From positions 32,001 to 96,000 of IMG/VR virus record IMGVR_UViG_3300005080_000001: a stretch of DNA of 64,000 bases. One strand, written 5' to 3'. This document shows positions 29,573 through 40,223 of this stretch, piece after piece (within the stretch, counting starts at the first letter, position 1; each line of letters starts with the position of its first letter). The notes beneath the pieces are model-generated. The model saw only the letters and a program-made list of their open reading frames with translations, was not told where the DNA came from and searched no databases. The position numbers and the translations under genes were made by a program. This DNA comes from a virus (Duplodnaviria; Caudoviricetes).

Positions 29573-30544
29573 ATGGCATTTCGTAAACCATCAACTAAAA
29601 AAATCGGTCTTAAAGTTCTTGTAACAGGTCAAACAGGAGCAGGTAAATCAGTATTCGGATTGAGTTTTCCTAAAATTGCGGCACTAGATTCAGAGGCAGG
29701 TTTAGCGCTATATGAAGGCGATTCAGTATACGGTGCGAACATCGTAGCTATCCAAAATACAATGTCAGTATCAGAAATGGAAGAGGCATTCGAAGAAGTA
29801 GAGGAAATGGTAGAAGATACTCCAGATGAAATTAATACGCTTATTATCGACTCTGAAACTAAATTCTATCAAAACCTTCAACATTCATGCCTAGAAACAG
29901 AGGAGAAACGTGCAAGACGTAAGGGTGGAGATATTAACGATACGAATCTATCAGTACGTTCATGGGGTCGCATCAAGCAAGTATCTACTAAGCTACAAAA
30001 CTTAAAAATCGACTTATCTGCTAAAGGTATTCACGTAATCTCTGTATCTCAAGTTGATGATGTGAAGCAAAAAGTAGGAGAGCAATTCGTAAAAGTAGGC
30101 GAGAAGCCTGTAATGGCAAAGAATGCCGAGTACGACTATGACATTATCATCAACTTAGTAAAAGAAGAAGATGGCAAGGGTGGTATGAAGTATAAAGGTG
30201 AGATCAAAAAAGACCGTACAAACGTTACTAAAGCAGGTATGGTTATCGATAATCCTTCATACTTAATCTGGAAAGATTACTACGAAGGTCGTAAAGGTGC
30301 AGATACTCTTGATTCAAATCTTGCAAAAGATATGAGCAAAGACATGGATGCTCTTGAGAAAGAAGATGCTGAAAAGGAAAAAACAATTGTTGAACGCTTA
30401 AAAGAAGTAATGGCTAAGTCTCCAGAGGCGCAAGCTAAAGCTGTTGAACTTATCCAAGAGAAGAAGATTAAAAATCCATTACAGCCTACTGCAAGTGAAT
30501 TAAAGGCTCTTGAAGAGATTATTGAAACAGTAAACGCCCTTTAA
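29573..30544 (+). CDS. AAA_24/Sak4-like ATPase
   Basis: GQTGAGKS, LDSE, LIIDS. Confidence 0.85.
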   Translation: MAFRKPSTKKIGLKVLVTGQTGAGKSVFGLSFPKIAALDSEAGLALYEGDSVYGANIVAIQNTMSVSEMEEAFEEVEEMVEDTPDEINTLIIDSETKFYQNLQHSCLETEEKRARRKGGDINDTNLSVRSWGRIKQVSTKLQNLKIDLSAKGIHVISVSQVDDVKQKVGEQFVKVGEKPVMAKNAEYDYDIIINLVKEEDGKGGMKYKGEIKKDRTNVTKAGMVIDNPSYLIWKDYYEGRKGADTLDSNLAKDMSKDMDALEKEDAEKEKTIVERLKEVMAKSPEAQAKAVELIQEKKIKNPLQPTASELKALEEIIETVNAL

Positions 30545-30660
30545 ACAAAAGTATTGCAAGATTTTCGATAAACAATTATAATAAACCAGTAAATGAAAAG
30601 GGAAGCTGATTTTTTATCACTTCCCTTTAAACAAATGTATTGCAATGAGGTGGATTTGAA

Positions 30661-31380
30661 ATGACTGAGAAAAAGAAGAGAACGAAGAAATCAATATATG
30701 AAGCTGTTAAATGTTATTACTGCGGAAATATGATCGAAAGAGCAAACGATCTTGTTATAAAGAAAGTTCCATTGACAGGTAAAAATGGTGTAGTTAGAAA
30801 CTGGAACAGAAAGCTACATCTTGATTGTGTTAGTAAATATAATGAGGGACTTGAAGATTATGAGTTAAGAGCAGTTGAAAATACTGCATGGGATAATGTT
30901 TATCAATATTTTAAGAACGATATTCTTGATATGAAAGATAACAAGATTGACGACAAAGATAGTCATTTAGCCAAGAGATTACTTGGCTTGCGTGTCGGAA
31001 GCTACTACCCATCTGCCAATAATACTAGAGTTCTGCCACGAGGGTATAGTTTTGAAACTATACTTATCGCATTAAAAGTAGTTAATCCAAAGCTTCAATC
31101 ATACTTAAAAACTGCGAACTTCGCTAACTTCAAACACAAGATTGATGGATGTATGAGATTCGTTGTAAGCGAAATCCCAGACGTAGCAAAACGCCTTGAT
31201 ACACAAAGAAAAGCAAATGCAAAGCTTGATGAAGAAGTTACAAAAGCACTTCCTGTATTTGATTACAAAGATGCTCTTAAGAAACAGCGTGAAGAACAAA
31301 AGCGCCAAGAAGAACAGAAAAAGCAAAACAACAATGAAATCAATGACGATATTTCGGCATTACTTGGAGGCTCACTATGA
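30661..31380 (+). CDS. Putative helicase loader/replication protein
   Basis: CxxC...HxxC Zn motif; overlaps the start of dnaB. Confidence 0.55.
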   Translation: MTEKKKRTKKSIYEAVKCYYCGNMIERANDLVIKKVPLTGKNGVVRNWNRKLHLDCVSKYNEGLEDYELRAVENTAWDNVYQYFKNDILDMKDNKIDDKDSHLAKRLLGLRVGSYYPSANNTRVLPRGYSFETILIALKVVNPKLQSYLKTANFANFKHKIDGCMRFVVSEIPDVAKRLDTQRKANAKLDEEVTKALPVFDYKDALKKQREEQKRQEEQKKQNNNEINDDISALLGGSL

Positions 31381-32846
31381 TAGATACGGTACAAGAAACA
31401 GATGCTAAGAAAGAGTTTAGAGATATGCTTAAGAAGACGAAGAATACGGCTGAGTCGTATGTCGTACTAAGCATCTATCGCAATACTGAATTATATTTTG
31501 ACAGTTCATTAACAGCTGACGATTTTCACGATCCAATTTGGAAGATGTATTTTGCAATTGCAGACCAATTAATTAACTCTGGTAAAAAGGTGCTAGATGA
31601 TATCGTTGTAGGTCTTCGTGTGTCAGAGAACGAAGCACTTTCAAAGATGTTTGAAGAGTGTGGTGGATACCAAACAATTGCAAATGGTATAGCATTCGTA
31701 CAGGAAGAGAACTTTGATAGCTACCTGTTAGATATTAAGAAGTATAATGCTTTAATCAAACTACACGACCTCGGATTCCCAGTAATGGAGAAGTTCGATA
31801 ACTATAAATTAATGAGCGTTGACAAGGTTCAAAGTACACTGCAAAGCGTTCTAGATAGCATCTTTGCTGATGTGTACGTTGAAGAGAAAGTAACTGATCT
31901 TAGTGATAACTTATGGAAAACTGTAATGGATGCTCATGAAGGGGTAATGAGAGGATTCCCTTATCAATCTGCAATGCTTACAGAGCATGTTAACGGCATG
32001 GCGTTGGGTAATATCACGATGCTTAGTGCGAATAGTGGTATCGGTAAATCGTTCTTAACTCTGGCTCAGATTCTTCCTAATATGATTGAATTCGATGAGA
32101 AACTATTAATAATCGCAAATGAAGAGGGAGAGCAGAAGTGGAAACGGGAAATTATTATCTGGGCAGTTAACAACGTTATTGAATCTGGCGACTTTGAAAA
32201 GGGACGTTTCAACCAAGGTAACTTTAGCAAAGATGAGCTTACTCTTCTTAAAAAGGGTGTAGACTGGCTTGATGCTGAAATGAAGAAGGGAACTATTTCA
32301 TTTATCAACTTCAACTCTTTCAGTATGGATAAAGCCCTTAGAACGATGAAGAAACAGAACTCTATTAATGGTGTTCGTTATTTTGTTATTGATACACTTA
32401 AACTGGATTCTGATGCTCTTAATGAGAACTCACAGGCATGGTTAAGCTTGATGCAAAACATGGTTAAACTTGACGATCTATGTAAACCATCGAACCGTAA
32501 TATTCACTGTTGGGTTACGTTCCAATTAGGGAAATCGGCTTTAATGACAAGATACTTAAGCCAGAATAGTCTGGGTATGTCTAAAAATACAGCTGATGTT
32601 GTAACAACATTACTCTTAGTTCGTAAAGCCCTAGAATCAGAAAAAGAAGGCGGTAAGAACGAAGTAGAGGTTAAAGGTCATCATGACGGCAAGAACAAGA
32701 AGATGAAGCCAGATAAGGACTATTTCATTATGTTCCTTGGCAAGAACCGTAACGGACAGACTACAAGACAGCTTGTGTTTGAGGTGGATATCTCTCGAAA
32801 TAGAATCACCGACTTTGGCACATGCTTGATTCCGCAAGATATCTAG
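31377..32846 (+). CDS. DnaB-like replicative helicase
   Basis: ANSGIGKS, IANEE, VIDTLK, TFQL, KNRNG. Confidence 0.9.
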   Translation: MIDTVQETDAKKEFRDMLKKTKNTAESYVVLSIYRNTELYFDSSLTADDFHDPIWKMYFAIADQLINSGKKVLDDIVVGLRVSENEALSKMFEECGGYQTIANGIAFVQEENFDSYLLDIKKYNALIKLHDLGFPVMEKFDNYKLMSVDKVQSTLQSVLDSIFADVYVEEKVTDLSDNLWKTVMDAHEGVMRGFPYQSAMLTEHVNGMALGNITMLSANSGIGKSFLTLAQILPNMIEFDEKLLIIANEEGEQKWKREIIIWAVNNVIESGDFEKGRFNQGNFSKDELTLLKKGVDWLDAEMKKGTISFINFNSFSMDKALRTMKKQNSINGVRYFVIDTLKLDSDALNENSQAWLSLMQNMVKLDDLCKPSNRNIHCWVTFQLGKSALMTRYLSQNSLGMSKNTADVVTTLLLVRKALESEKEGGKNEVEVKGHHDGKNKKMKPDKDYFIMFLGKNRNGQTTRQLVFEVDISRNRITDFGTCLIPQDI

Positions 32847-33128
32847 GAGGATTATTATGTCAATGATTAAATTTGTACTATATTTTAAACTTATTGAAAT
32901 GATGCTAGGCATTGTACTTTCACTTGGATTTATAGCGTTCGTTGCAGTCGCATCAATGATTGCGAGTCGAGATAAAATAAATAAAAAATAATTAAACAAA
33001 AGTATTGCAAAAGTATAAGAGTCCTGTTATTATGATAGCAGGACATACTTATTGGAGGAAAACATTGGTGAATAACCAATTTAACATAAATCATAAAACA
33101 AAAGTATTGCATTGGTGGTGGATTTAAA

Positions 33129-33506
33129 TTGATCTTAATCAAAGCTGTTGTAGCAGGTTCAAGAGGGTTTTCTGATTATGAATTACTAAAGAAAACGTTG
33201 AATGAAGCATTTGTTAAATACAAGCCCAGTGAGGTTGAAATTGTATCTGGCGGTGCAGATGGTGGAGACAAGCTAGGCGAGAAGTACCAAGAGGAATATG
33301 GATGTGTCTTAAAGCAATTCATTCCAGATTGGGATCGCTTTGGAGACTCTGCAGGTCATAGAAGAAATGTTGACATGGCTCACTACACAGACTGGGTATT
33401 CTGCTTCTGGGATGGAAAGAGCAAGGGTACGAAAGGAATGATTGATGTTTCACGAAGACTAGGCAAGAGAGTTGAGGTAATTATGTATGAGGAGGAGTCG
33501 ATGTGA
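33129..33506 (+). CDS. SLOG (YspA/DUF2493-like) protein
   Basis: VAGSR, IVSGGADGGD, AG..RN..MA, FWDGKSKGT. Confidence 0.85.
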   Translation: MILIKAVVAGSRGFSDYELLKKTLNEAFVKYKPSEVEIVSGGADGGDKLGEKYQEEYGCVLKQFIPDWDRFGDSAGHRRNVDMAHYTDWVFCFWDGKSKGTKGMIDVSRRLGKRVEVIMYEEESM

Positions 33507-33826
33507 AGTACGGACTTAAAAACGTAGCAGACGTTACGTTCTTTGACATTAACACTGGAAAGCCAGTTATTTTTGGAGATGCGATATCAAGTGCTGAAAT
33601 CGTAAAGCAATTAAAGCCAGTATATTTTCTGGTTACATTATCAACAAATGTAAGTCAAGACATCTTAGATTACTTCAAGGGAAAGGGTCTATTAGTTGTT
33701 TTAAGTGAAATTGATGAACATCCTAACTGGATAGTAGTTAGATTCAGACATCCACTTGTCAAGCAAGCAATTAGACAAATGGATTATGTCGAAGATGTTA
33801 TGAATGTAGAGTTGAAATTATCATAA
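33503..33826 (+). CDS. Hypothetical protein
   Basis: Coupled ORF with GAGGAG RBS. Confidence 0.6.
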   Translation: MKYGLKNVADVTFFDINTGKPVIFGDAISSAEIVKQLKPVYFLVTLSTNVSQDILDYFKGKGLLVVLSEIDEHPNWIVVRFRHPLVKQAIRQMDYVEDVMNVELKLS

Positions 33827-33844
33827 GAAAAGGGGATTAAGATT

Positions 33845-34519
33845 ATGGATTTTATTATTAGTTTATTCACAGTTATCATGGTTAACATCATTCTAAGTGG
33901 AGACAATGCAGTGGTAATTGCGATGGCTTCCAGAAACTTAAAGGAAGAACAGCGAAAGAAAGCAGTGTTTCTAGGAAGCTTTGGTGCAATCTTCTTACGA
34001 GTAGTCCTTACATTCGTAGCAGTTGAGTTAATGCAAATACCGTATTTCCAAGTTATAGGTGGATTGATGCTTCTATGGATCGCAATAAACTTACTTAAAG
34101 AAGAGGAAGAGAGTAGCGAAATCAAAGGTAGTAATGGACTGGTAAATGCAATTCTAACAATTATCGTTGCAGATTTAGTTATGAGTCTTGACAATGTTGT
34201 AGCAATCGCAGGTGTAGCAGATGGCAATATTACACTTATCACAATCGGATTATTAGTAAGTATACCTTTAATTATCTTTTGTAGTCAGATTCTTATGAAA
34301 ATTATGGAAAGATTCCCGATTATCGTAATCATTGGTTCAGCATTACTTGGATACACTGCAGGCGAGATGATATTAAAGGACAAGGCAGTTGGATATACAC
34401 TTAGCCACAGCTTTTTCCTAGCGGATTTAATCATCCCAATCTTAACAGCAATTCTAGTCGTAGTAATTGGAAAGAAAATAGGGTATAAACCAAAACATGC
34501 ACAAGGGAGAGCATCTTAA
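33845..34519 (+). CDS. TerC/YjbE-family membrane protein
   Basis: LSGDNAVVIAMA and ADLVMSLDNVVAIAG. Confidence 0.92.
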   Translation: MDFIISLFTVIMVNIILSGDNAVVIAMASRNLKEEQRKKAVFLGSFGAIFLRVVLTFVAVELMQIPYFQVIGGLMLLWIAINLLKEEEESSEIKGSNGLVNAILTIIVADLVMSLDNVVAIAGVADGNITLITIGLLVSIPLIIFCSQILMKIMERFPIIVIIGSALLGYTAGEMILKDKAVGYTLSHSFFLADLIIPILTAILVVVIGKKIGYKPKHAQGRAS

Positions 34520-34521
34520 TT

Positions 34522-35175
34522 ATGAAATTAAAAGCGTTTCTATCATTCATTCTTGCATTAGGGCTATTAATACCATCAACAATTACAGCACAAGCAGGAG
34601 GGTTTAGCGGAGGTTCTTCGGCTAGATCATCAGTAAGTTCTAGTTCTGTTTCACGATCATCGTCATCATTTAGTTCAAGTAGACCATCATCAAGTTCAAG
34701 CGGTAGCAAAGTGTCATTGAGTAAATCAAGTTCATCATCTAGCAAATCAAGTTCAAGCGGTACGTTTTCTGGAAAGACATCTACTAAGAGCAGTAGTAGT
34801 TCATCGTCTGGGTCATTCTCTGGTAAAACATCGACAAAGGCATCGACTTCAACGATTAGAGGGAAGACATATACAAGCGCACCTACTAGAACATATGTAA
34901 ATGGTCGCTCTGTAACAGTTAATCATTATTATCATGCAGGATATTCACCGTCTGGTTGGTTTGGCTACTACAGTGGATTCACAACTGGAATGTTCATGGG
35001 AAGCCTAATGCATCCTTGGGGACATACGTATCCAGTCCGTGGAACATATACGACATACGGTGCATCACCGATCGCTTGGATTGTAGATATCATCCTATTA
35101 ATTATCATTCTTATCATTGTAATCGCAACTATCAAGGCATTAAAGCCTTCTAAAACATACACAAGGAGATTTTAG
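34522..35175 (+). CDS. Secreted Ser-rich protein with C-terminal TM
   Basis: Signal peptide (AQA), poly-Ser linker, Gly/aromatic region, TM. Confidence 0.75.
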   Translation: MKLKAFLSFILALGLLIPSTITAQAGGFSGGSSARSSVSSSSVSRSSSSFSSSRPSSSSSGSKVSLSKSSSSSSKSSSSGTFSGKTSTKSSSSSSSGSFSGKTSTKASTSTIRGKTYTSAPTRTYVNGRSVTVNHYYHAGYSPSGWFGYYSGFTTGMFMGSLMHPWGHTYPVRGTYTTYGASPIAWIVDIILLIIILIIVIATIKALKPSKTYTRRF

Positions 35176-35177
35176 TT

Positions 35178-35480
35178 ATGAGACTATTTTTAAATGAACA
35201 AGAAATTACAGATGGAATTTGCGTTTATGTGGCTAACGAATTTAATCAAATGCCACAAAGTATTCACGTTGTTGAGATAGGATATAACGAGATTAATGGA
35301 TTCACGGCAGTTGCAAAAACTGGAATGTATGATACAGCTTACTTACGTACAGGTGATATCGTAAATGGGATTATGCAATTTCTAAATGAGTACCACAACT
35401 TTAATGCAAATCTTATGTCAGTAGAATTGAAGTTTGATAAGAAACATGGGTTCTCAGCAGAGGTAGCAGTTAACGAATAG
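35178..35480 (+). CDS. YxcD/DUF2653-like protein
   Basis: LNEQEITDGICVYVA...GFTA and GFSA pattern. Confidence 0.6.
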   Translation: MRLFLNEQEITDGICVYVANEFNQMPQSIHVVEIGYNEINGFTAVAKTGMYDTAYLRTGDIVNGIMQFLNEYHNFNANLMSVELKFDKKHGFSAEVAVNE

Positions 35481-35513
35481 TTGACTGCTACTAATAAACA
35501 AGGAGGATGGAAA

Positions 35514-35828
35514 ATGGCTAAGAAGAAAGGCATGGATGCTACAGGTTGGGCAGATGCTATTACTAAAAGTTGGGACAGACAAAGAGAGATTGATGCAACG
35601 TTATCCCCAAGCAAAGGTGAAATGAGATACGTGACTGACTATGCAAGAAACATAGATAAACTGGCACAGCTTATGAATAATGCTTCTGAAATGGCGCACC
35701 AAGGAATTATTGACTTTGAAATGGGTCAAAAGATTATGGATGTTCAAAAGGAAAATATCAAAAAGGATCTTAAATTCCTTCTAGTGTATTTAGGAGACGA
35801 GTCTGAACAGGAGAATGTTTTAAAATGA
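35514..35828 (+). CDS. Hypothetical protein
   Basis: AGGAGG RBS. Confidence 0.65.
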   Translation: MAKKKGMDATGWADAITKSWDRQREIDATLSPSKGEMRYVTDYARNIDKLAQLMNNASEMAHQGIIDFEMGQKIMDVQKENIKKDLKFLLVYLGDESEQENVLK

Positions 35829-36064
35829 TGAAACCAACTAAACGTTTATATAATTGTAGTAGTAGAAGAGATGGAGATATTTATGCGGTTTTCCAAGATG
35901 CTATTGGCAAGTTTAGAGTAGGAGAATTTAGCAAAGGTGAGACAAATCCTTATCATGTATTTGAAGGTGAGTTTGATGATTTACTTCTAGCGATTGCTGT
36001 GTGTAGAATGATGTATGAGGCGTATGAAGATGGTCATCAACAAGGTCAATGTGATAGTCATTAA
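35825..36064 (+). CDS. Hypothetical protein
   Basis: Coupled ORF. Confidence 0.6.
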   Translation: MMKPTKRLYNCSSRRDGDIYAVFQDAIGKFRVGEFSKGETNPYHVFEGEFDDLLLAIAVCRMMYEAYEDGHQQGQCDSH

Positions 36065-36159
36065 ATTAGGTTTATTTAAACAAAAGTATTGACACTAACA
36101 GAGGTGTCAACTATACTAAGTACATAAGCAAAAGTATTGCAATTAGGAGAGGTTGTCAT

Positions 36160-36477
36160 ATGATTCAATGCACAGACGGTTCACGATTTAACGGTGTCTT
36201 AAAAGAAGGTCAAATCTGGGTAAAAGGTAGCAGAACTGTTCGAGTGATAATCAGATTTGACGAGGATGTAATGGTCTACAAATCCAAGACAGATTTCAAG
36301 AACAATACAGTTACTACTGTTCGAAGAAGTGTATTCCGAAGGTGGTTACACAGTGGAGAGAAAGCAATGCTATATGTGTTTCCAAAAGCTAACTGCTCTA
36401 GCTGTGATAATGAAGTAGAATTAAGAAGTCATATCAACAGATGCGAATGTGGAGCTGTACTAAAGGTACTAGAATAG
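36160..36477 (+). CDS. Hypothetical protein with C-terminal Zn ribbon
   Basis: CxxC...CxC; follows paired family A motifs. Confidence 0.65.
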   Translation: MIQCTDGSRFNGVLKEGQIWVKGSRTVRVIIRFDEDVMVYKSKTDFKNNTVTTVRRSVFRRWLHSGEKAMLYVFPKANCSSCDNEVELRSHINRCECGAVLKVLE

Positions 36478-36488
36478 GAGGAAGGCTT

Positions 36489-37160
36489 GTGTTATGTGAT
36501 GAAATTAGCTTTATTGATTTGAATAAACTAGACTCTGTAGCGACTACCTTGGAGAAGGAGAAGGATAAACTCATTTCTCTTCTTCCTAAAAGATTTTCAG
36601 AAAGATTAAAACGAGATTTGTTTATAAGTGGTGGATGTATATATAGCCTATATAACAATCAAACTCCAAAGGATATTGATACATTTATCCAAGACAAACA
36701 TCTTGTAGATGAAGTTATAGATTTCTTTTCAAAACAGAGGTTGTTTATGGGGAGAAGTAATGGAGTCAAAAGAGGAATGTATAGAAATTTAAATCTTATA
36801 GTAACAGATAATGCAATCTCTATTGGGAAATATCAGATAATAACAAAGTGGGTAGGTACTCCACAGGAAGTTGTCTCCCAATTCGACTTTAAGCATAATA
36901 TGTTCTACCTTCAAGATGGGGTTATAAAGGCAATGACAGATTTAAAACACTTGACTAGTAATAAGCTGTCTTACAACGAAGGCAGGGCAAGGGATATCTG
37001 TGGGACTATTATACGAGTATCTAAGTTTGTAAAACGTGGGATGGAAGTTACGAACGAAGAGGTTGCAAAAATGCTTTTAAAACTTAATGAAGTTGGATTC
37101 AATGATAGAGAACTAGAGATATTGTCTAGCCATCAATATGATAGAGGTTTTGGTTCATAA
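36489..37160 (+). CDS. Pol-beta superfamily nucleotidyltransferase (CCA/poly(A)-polymerase-head-like)
   Basis: ISGGCIYS...PKDIDTF and FDF motifs; AGGAGG RBS. Confidence 0.7.
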   Translation: MLCDEISFIDLNKLDSVATTLEKEKDKLISLLPKRFSERLKRDLFISGGCIYSLYNNQTPKDIDTFIQDKHLVDEVIDFFSKQRLFMGRSNGVKRGMYRNLNLIVTDNAISIGKYQIITKWVGTPQEVVSQFDFKHNMFYLQDGVIKAMTDLKHLTSNKLSYNEGRARDICGTIIRVSKFVKRGMEVTNEEVAKMLLKLNEVGFNDRELEILSSHQYDRGFGS

Positions 37161-37203
37161 ACTAATAAAATCATCATTTTATCAATTCTTAGGAGGAATA
37201 GAA

Positions 37204-37830
37204 ATGAAAGTAACTGACGAGTTAAAAACTGAATTGATTTACTCTTTACCAAGCAGACGCATATTGGATGTTGTAAGTAATTTAGCTGTAAGAAATCCAT
37301 ATACAAAAGAGTTGATTTTTCTAAAGCAACGACCATATTACGAGAATACTCCAATAGAAGAGTATATCGAATACAATGAGAAACATGATATGCATCATGA
37401 CTACAGAGAGTTGATTTCAAAGCATGTAATCATAGACATTTCACTGTTGCATCGAAGAGCAAGGGCATTGCTATTTAAAGAACTTATAAAAGCAAACCCA
37501 CCAAAATGCAACACTTGTAACACTGTACTAACTATTGGCTTATCAGCGATTATGAGCAAAGCGACTCAAAGGTTAACAGATGTTGACGGCGAGAAAGTTA
37601 AAGGGTTTTATTGCAAGTGTTGTGCTGAGCAGGCTTACAAAGACTTGATAGAAAGTAGACTATTTGAAGAATATAAGGGTAACAAAATCTACCGCAAAGA
37701 TGATATGTATTTTCCCTACTGGAACTGCGCTTATCATTTCAAAACAGTTGAGGAATGTAGAATTAGAATCGATGCCAATATTTCGATTGCGAAGAGTGGG
37801 ATGATTAATTTAAAAGAGGTTTTCTCATGA
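37204..37830 (+). CDS. Hypothetical Zn-finger protein
   Basis: CxxC...CxxC; AGGAGG RBS. Confidence 0.65.
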   Translation: MKVTDELKTELIYSLPSRRILDVVSNLAVRNPYTKELIFLKQRPYYENTPIEEYIEYNEKHDMHHDYRELISKHVIIDISLLHRRARALLFKELIKANPPKCNTCNTVLTIGLSAIMSKATQRLTDVDGEKVKGFYCKCCAEQAYKDLIESRLFEEYKGNKIYRKDDMYFPYWNCAYHFKTVEECRIRIDANISIAKSGMINLKEVFS

Positions 37831-37945
37831 GAAGAATCGATATGGTCAAAAACAAGAAGATGAAGAACATAAAGCATGCAGAGATTCTTGATAAGAAGAG
37901 AATCAAGATTGTATTCCAAAACAACGAAGAGATTGTCTTGGAAGC

Positions 37946-38266
37946 AAGACTCCTACTGAAAAGCCAACTGTACCTACATTAGTATTCTTTGTAACAGATG
38001 GTGATAACTTCGACAAGGCAGAGGCTGAAAAGATTATTCGTGAATCATCTAATCAAGCAATCTTTTGGCAGTTTGTAGGAGTTGGTAGAGCAAGCTTTGA
38101 CTTCTTGCAGAAGCTTGATGATATGAATGGAAGATTCCTAGACAACGCAAACTTCTTCCATGTTAATGACCTTCGTCAAATCAGTGACGAAGAGTTTATG
38201 GACAGAGTATTAAATGAGTTTCCGCAGTGGATTAAGGAGGCAAGAGCGAAAGGGGTATTAGCATGA
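37946..38266 (+). pseudogene. 5'-truncated vWA-TerF-like gene
   Basis: Start-less frame PTLVFFVTDGDN..ESSNQAIFWQFVGVG..FDFLQKLDDM.GRFLDNANFF..EFPQW. Confidence 0.75.
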
Positions 38267-38760
38267 ACATGACAAAACAAACATTATTTAAAGTGCCTGT
38301 AGGAGACTGGTCAAAAGATGGTCATAACGTTTCAGAAAATTACTATGTGTACAGCAATTATCCTTTAGAGAAAATGCAACAGGCGTATAAGGATACATGT
38401 AAGAAGATTGGACTACAAATGAATGATAGCTCAACAAATTATACAGGTTTAGACGATGGGGTGGGGACAAGACGTGGATGGAGATGTTTATTGACTGAAT
38501 ATGAAGAGACTACAATCAATAATGAAGCTATTCATATTCTAGCTGAACATGGTTTTGACTTTAATAGTGTTTTCAAGGACGAGAGTGATGGAACTATGTA
38601 TTTCACATCCAAGGATGTATTCAAACTATTCATGTGGTTTATCTCCTATAGCATGCCAAAAGATTTCGAGTGGAAAGAACTGAGTCTTGACGCAGAGGCA
38701 ATTGTTGGATATTGGTCAGAATCTTTAAACCATCAAATTGGATATGGAGTATTTTGCTAG
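38263..38760 (+). CDS. Hypothetical phage protein
   Basis: GDWSKDGH and IGYG motifs. Confidence 0.7.
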   Translation: MNMTKQTLFKVPVGDWSKDGHNVSENYYVYSNYPLEKMQQAYKDTCKKIGLQMNDSSTNYTGLDDGVGTRRGWRCLLTEYEETTINNEAIHILAEHGFDFNSVFKDESDGTMYFTSKDVFKLFMWFISYSMPKDFEWKELSLDAEAIVGYWSESLNHQIGYGVFC

Positions 38761-38772
38761 GAGGTTATTCTG

Positions 38773-39057
38773 ATGTGCGAGACTACAGTAGTTAACAAGT
38801 ATCACAAATTACCATATGACGTGTATATTGGTCGTGGCTCGAAATGGGGAAACCCTTTCAGCCATCTACCTAATACACAAGCTATATTCAAAGAAGAAGC
38901 TATTGAGATGTATCGAAAATGGATTATGTATAAACCAAATCTATTAGCAGAGTTGCATGAGCTGAAAGGAAAGACGCTTGGATGTTTCTGTAAACCCAAG
39001 TCATGTCATGGCGATGTATTAATAGAGTTAATAGATAGATTAGTTAAGGAGGAGTAA
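38773..39057 (+). CDS. DUF4326 family protein
   Basis: VYIGRGSKWGNPF...LGCFCKP..CHGDVL. Confidence 0.88.
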   Translation: MCETTVVNKYHKLPYDVYIGRGSKWGNPFSHLPNTQAIFKEEAIEMYRKWIMYKPNLLAELHELKGKTLGCFCKPKSCHGDVLIELIDRLVKEE

Positions 39058-39059
39058 TA

Positions 39060-39494
39060 GTGAAACTGTTAAAAGAAGGATTCCATTATGTATATCAAAA
39101 GAAGAATAAAGGAAAATATGTATCATTGCCATGGAATATCATTGACCATCAGCGCAGTGAGCTAAGTGAAAAGATTAGAATTCTACTAAGAGAGTGGGAT
39201 TGTCCATATATTATTCAAAGCGACGATGACGCAGAAGGTTTATTAGATGATATTAGTGATAGCGTGAAGTCTTACGATGGTCATTCAGATTGGCTAAATA
39301 TGCCTTCTGATGGAAGTGATGATTATCTACTTCAAGCGTCAGAGAATGTAATAGTCCATGTTTCGGCAAGCGATGAGTATCATGGTAGAGGAGAGACTGA
39401 AATATTCGCATGTATCTCAGGCATTATCGTTACAGATGAGGTAACAAATGGAGAAATTAAAGCAGTTGTTGATTGGATTAAGTCATTTGAATAG
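39060..39494 (+). CDS. Hypothetical protein
   Basis: AGGAGG RBS with GTG start. Confidence 0.6.
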   Translation: MKLLKEGFHYVYQKKNKGKYVSLPWNIIDHQRSELSEKIRILLREWDCPYIIQSDDDAEGLLDDISDSVKSYDGHSDWLNMPSDGSDDYLLQASENVIVHVSASDEYHGRGETEIFACISGIIVTDEVTNGEIKAVVDWIKSFE

Positions 39495-39506
39495 GAGGAA
39501 GATAAA

Positions 39507-40223
39507 ATGTTAAATTTTATCGGTTGTGGAAGTGCGTTTAATACTAAATTAGGAAATAATGGGGCGTTTATAAGAGATAACGACATGTTGTTTTTAATAG
39601 ATTGTGGAAGCAGTACCTTTGAGAGAATCCAAAGAGCAGGGCTATTAGAAGGAGTTAATCATATAACGGTGCTGTTGACGCATACACACCCCGACCATGT
39701 AGGCTCTTTAGGAGATTTAATCTTCTATGGATACTATTCGATGGGAGAACCTATGCAACCAAACGTAACTGTATTTGCGCCATATGATTTAAAAATTCGC
39801 CATTTATTAGAAATGATGGGGGTAGAGAAAAAGACATATAGCTTATCTCAGTTTTATGAGAATGGTGGCGTTCATTATGGCGATTTCCATATAAACTTCA
39901 AGGCGATACCTATATCGCATGTTACAGAATTAGACTGTTTTGGATATCTAATAAGCTACCAAAATAAATTGGTCTACTATAGTGGGGACTCCAATGATAT
40001 ACCACAGCATATTCTACATGATTTTGATAAAGGTAAAATCGATTTATTTTATCAAGATACTTGTAAAGCTGATTACGAAGGCAACGTACATCTATCTTTA
40101 AGAAAACTAAATGATTTAATTTGGGTTAATCGAGATAGGGTTTATTGCATGCACCTAGATAATGGATTTGACGTAAAGGAAGCAGAAGAGTTAGGGTTCA
40201 ATGTTGTAAAACCGATTATCTAA
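39507..40223 (+). CDS. MBL-fold metallohydrolase (Apyc1-like/RNase Z-like)
   Basis: GCGSAF, LIDCG, THTHPDH, YSGD, VH, MHL. Confidence 0.85.
   Translation: MLNFIGCGSAFNTKLGNNGAFIRDNDMLFLIDCGSSTFERIQRAGLLEGVNHITVLLTHTHPDHVGSLGDLIFYGYYSMGEPMQPNVTVFAPYDLKIRHLLEMMGVEKKTYSLSQFYENGGVHYGDFHINFKAIPISHVTELDCFGYLISYQNKLVYYSGDSNDIPQHILHDFDKGKIDLFYQDTCKADYEGNVHLSLRKLNDLIWVNRDRVYCMHLDNGFDVKEAEELGFNVVKPII

Noticed and set aside
34612-34850. Low-complexity DNA repeat
   Set aside because: Explained by poly-Ser coding with mixed codons
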